NCBI GenBank assembly: GCA_965203355.1
Contig: OZ241889.1
Span: 3,488,001-3,552,000 of the forward strand
DNA: 64,000 bases
Direction: 5' to 3'
Origin: Candidatus Latescibacterota bacterium
Lineage (GTDB): Bacteria > Latescibacterota > UBA2968 > UBA8231
Shown here: positions 62,739 through 64,000 of the stretch, piece by piece
Layout of the letters: the number at the start of each line of letters is the position of its first letter
Position numbering within the stretch: position 1 is the first letter of the stretch
Notes under the pieces: generated by a model
Told to the model about the DNA's origin: nothing
The model's input: the letters and a program-made list of their open reading frames with translations, nothing else
The model's database searches: none
Position numbers and translations under genes: made by a program

Positions 62739-64000
62739 ATGAACCAAATCACGCTCAAAAACTTTCGCTGCTTTCGGGAGGAACAGACTGCCCGCTTAGC
62801 ACCGCTGACGCTGCTCGTCGGCGAGAACAGCACCGGCAAAACCTCGTTCATGGCTATGCTCCGAGTACTTTGGGATATGGTCTGTCGAGGGGAATCTCCT
62901 GACTTCAAGGAGGATCCCTACGACCTCGGCAGCTTTGACGAAATAGCACACTTCCGCGGCGGACGGGGCGATCGGGCAACCACTATTGAGGCAGATTTTG
63001 AGATCATTCCTGTACCCAAATCCAAAAAAAATGAACGGTTTCGTTTTGAAGTAACTTTTCAAAAAAAGGGGACCGTACCAGTACCAGTACGAAGACATTT
63101 TTGGCAAGAGGATGTGTGGGTAGAGTTTTCGCAATTGGCTGGCCAATTTGAAGAAAGTGAGATTCGCTTCGGAACCAAAAGGGGCACTTGGAAGCTTGAA
63201 CATACGCATACTACCGAACTTATCAGTAGTCTGACGGGTATGAATTTTCCTCTTTTTTTATCTATTAGCCACTTAATTACAGAAAACTCTCAATGGACCG
63301 CACTGTCAGGCTCGAAACAGCCTATACCTATAGACGAAGACTTTGAACAAATCCATAAAATTTCGTCCTTTCTATTCGAACGCTATCGCTCTTACTCAGA
63401 AAGGCCGTATGCCAGCGCACCGGTCCGCTCCAAACCGCGTCGCACATACGACCCCGCACGACCAACACAGGACCCCGAGGGCAATTACATCCCCATGTAT
63501 CTGTCCAACTTGTATTTTCAAGACAAAAATAAATGGGGAAAACTCAAAGAAGCCCTCGAAGATTTCGGTAAAAACGCAGGGCTTTTTGATGAAATTTCAG
63601 TCAAACCTTTGGGAAAGAAGGAGACAGAGCCTTTTCAAATGCAGGTCCGAAAGTCCGGGAAAAGGATTAAGGGGCCACAGCGGAACTTGATTGACGTAGG
63701 TTATGGGGTAAGCCAAGTACTCCCCGTCGTCACCGAGTTACTGCGTCCCGACGCCCCGTCCATGTTTCTGCTACAGCAACCGGAAGTACATCTCCATCCC
63801 AGCGCCCAAGCCGCGCTGGGTAGCCTGTTCTGTCAAGTCGCCGATCCGCAGCGTCAGTTGGTGGTCGAGACGCACAGCGATCACCTGATCAATCGGGTGC
63901 GGATGGATGTTCGCGATGGCGATGGCAAGCTAAAACCCGAAGACGTTTCCATCCTCTTCTTTGAACGGCGAGACCTCGACGTACACATTCATTCGCTGGA
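62739..64000 (+). CDS. ABC/AAA_21-type ATPase (DUF3696-like), runs off the window end; absent from the ORF track
   Basis: Manual translation: MNQITLKNFRCF...LVGENSTGKTS...NLIDVGYGVSQVLP...LLQQPEVHLHP...VVETHSDH. Confidence 0.88.
   Translation, partial: MNQITLKNFRCFREEQTARLAPLTLLVGENSTGKTSFMAMLRVLWDMVCRGESPDFKEDPYDLGSFDEIAHFRGGRGDRATTIEADFEIIPVPKSKKNERFRFEVTFQKKGTVPVPVRRHFWQEDVWVEFSQLAGQFEESEIRFGTKRGTWKLEHTHTTELISSLTGMNFPLFLSISHLITENSQWTALSGSKQPIPIDEDFEQIHKISSFLFERYRSYSERPYASAPVRSKPRRTYDPARPTQDPEGNYIPMYLSNLYFQDKNKWGKLKEALEDFGKNAGLFDEISVKPLGKKETEPFQMQVRKSGKRIKGPQRNLIDVGYGVSQVLPVVTELLRPDAPSMFLLQQPEVHLHPSAQAALGSLFCQVADPQRQLVVETHSDHLINRVRMDVRDGDGKLKPEDVSILFFERRDLDVHIHSL

Overview
A GC-rich bacterial window. 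The gene content (TonB receptor with a carboxypeptidase-regulatory-like domain, CRTAC1/ASPIC-UnbV, PhyH, TPR proteins) suggests a marine FCB-group or Latescibacterota-like organism; that is inference only. A housekeeping and transport core (15.4-54.4 kb) carries rlmI, ndk, yceD-rpmF-fabH-fabD-fabG-acpP-fabF-rnc, a lipoate ligase, oppDF, ppiD, nadK, BCCT, a TonB receptor broken by an IS5 element, a peptide ABC operon and a CRTAC1/TPR cluster. Two divergent defence loci flank this core, both built on an SNF2-helicase/DUF3883 nuclease plus a DUF1156 adenine methyltransferase; locus 1 also has a HEPN-DUF499 ATPase, matching the 'restriction-like' (Gao_RL-type) family. Main observations: (i) both loci share the architecture helicase - cargo - decayed copy of the methyltransferase 5' end - TTGACA element - cargo - full-length methyltransferase, suggesting iterative allele replacement and cargo capture. 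(ii) The second methyltransferase is split by a 79-bp insert, flanked by 21-bp direct repeats, that carries a G15 tract; both off frames stop within 7 nt while the G14 frame is fully open, which looks like a phase-variation switch. (iii) The cargo includes a dual-OB + 2xDUF488 module, a PHP-ATPase, a Schlafen/AlbA_2 protein, a small TM + TIR (Thoeris-like) pair, VapBC and tandem coiled-coil repeat paralogues. (iv) A heptamer-armed hairpin element occurs twice, and an 'empty' version of one site is visible in the window. No rRNA, tRNA, CRISPR array, integrase or reverse transcriptase was seen. All family calls come from motif recognition, not database searches.
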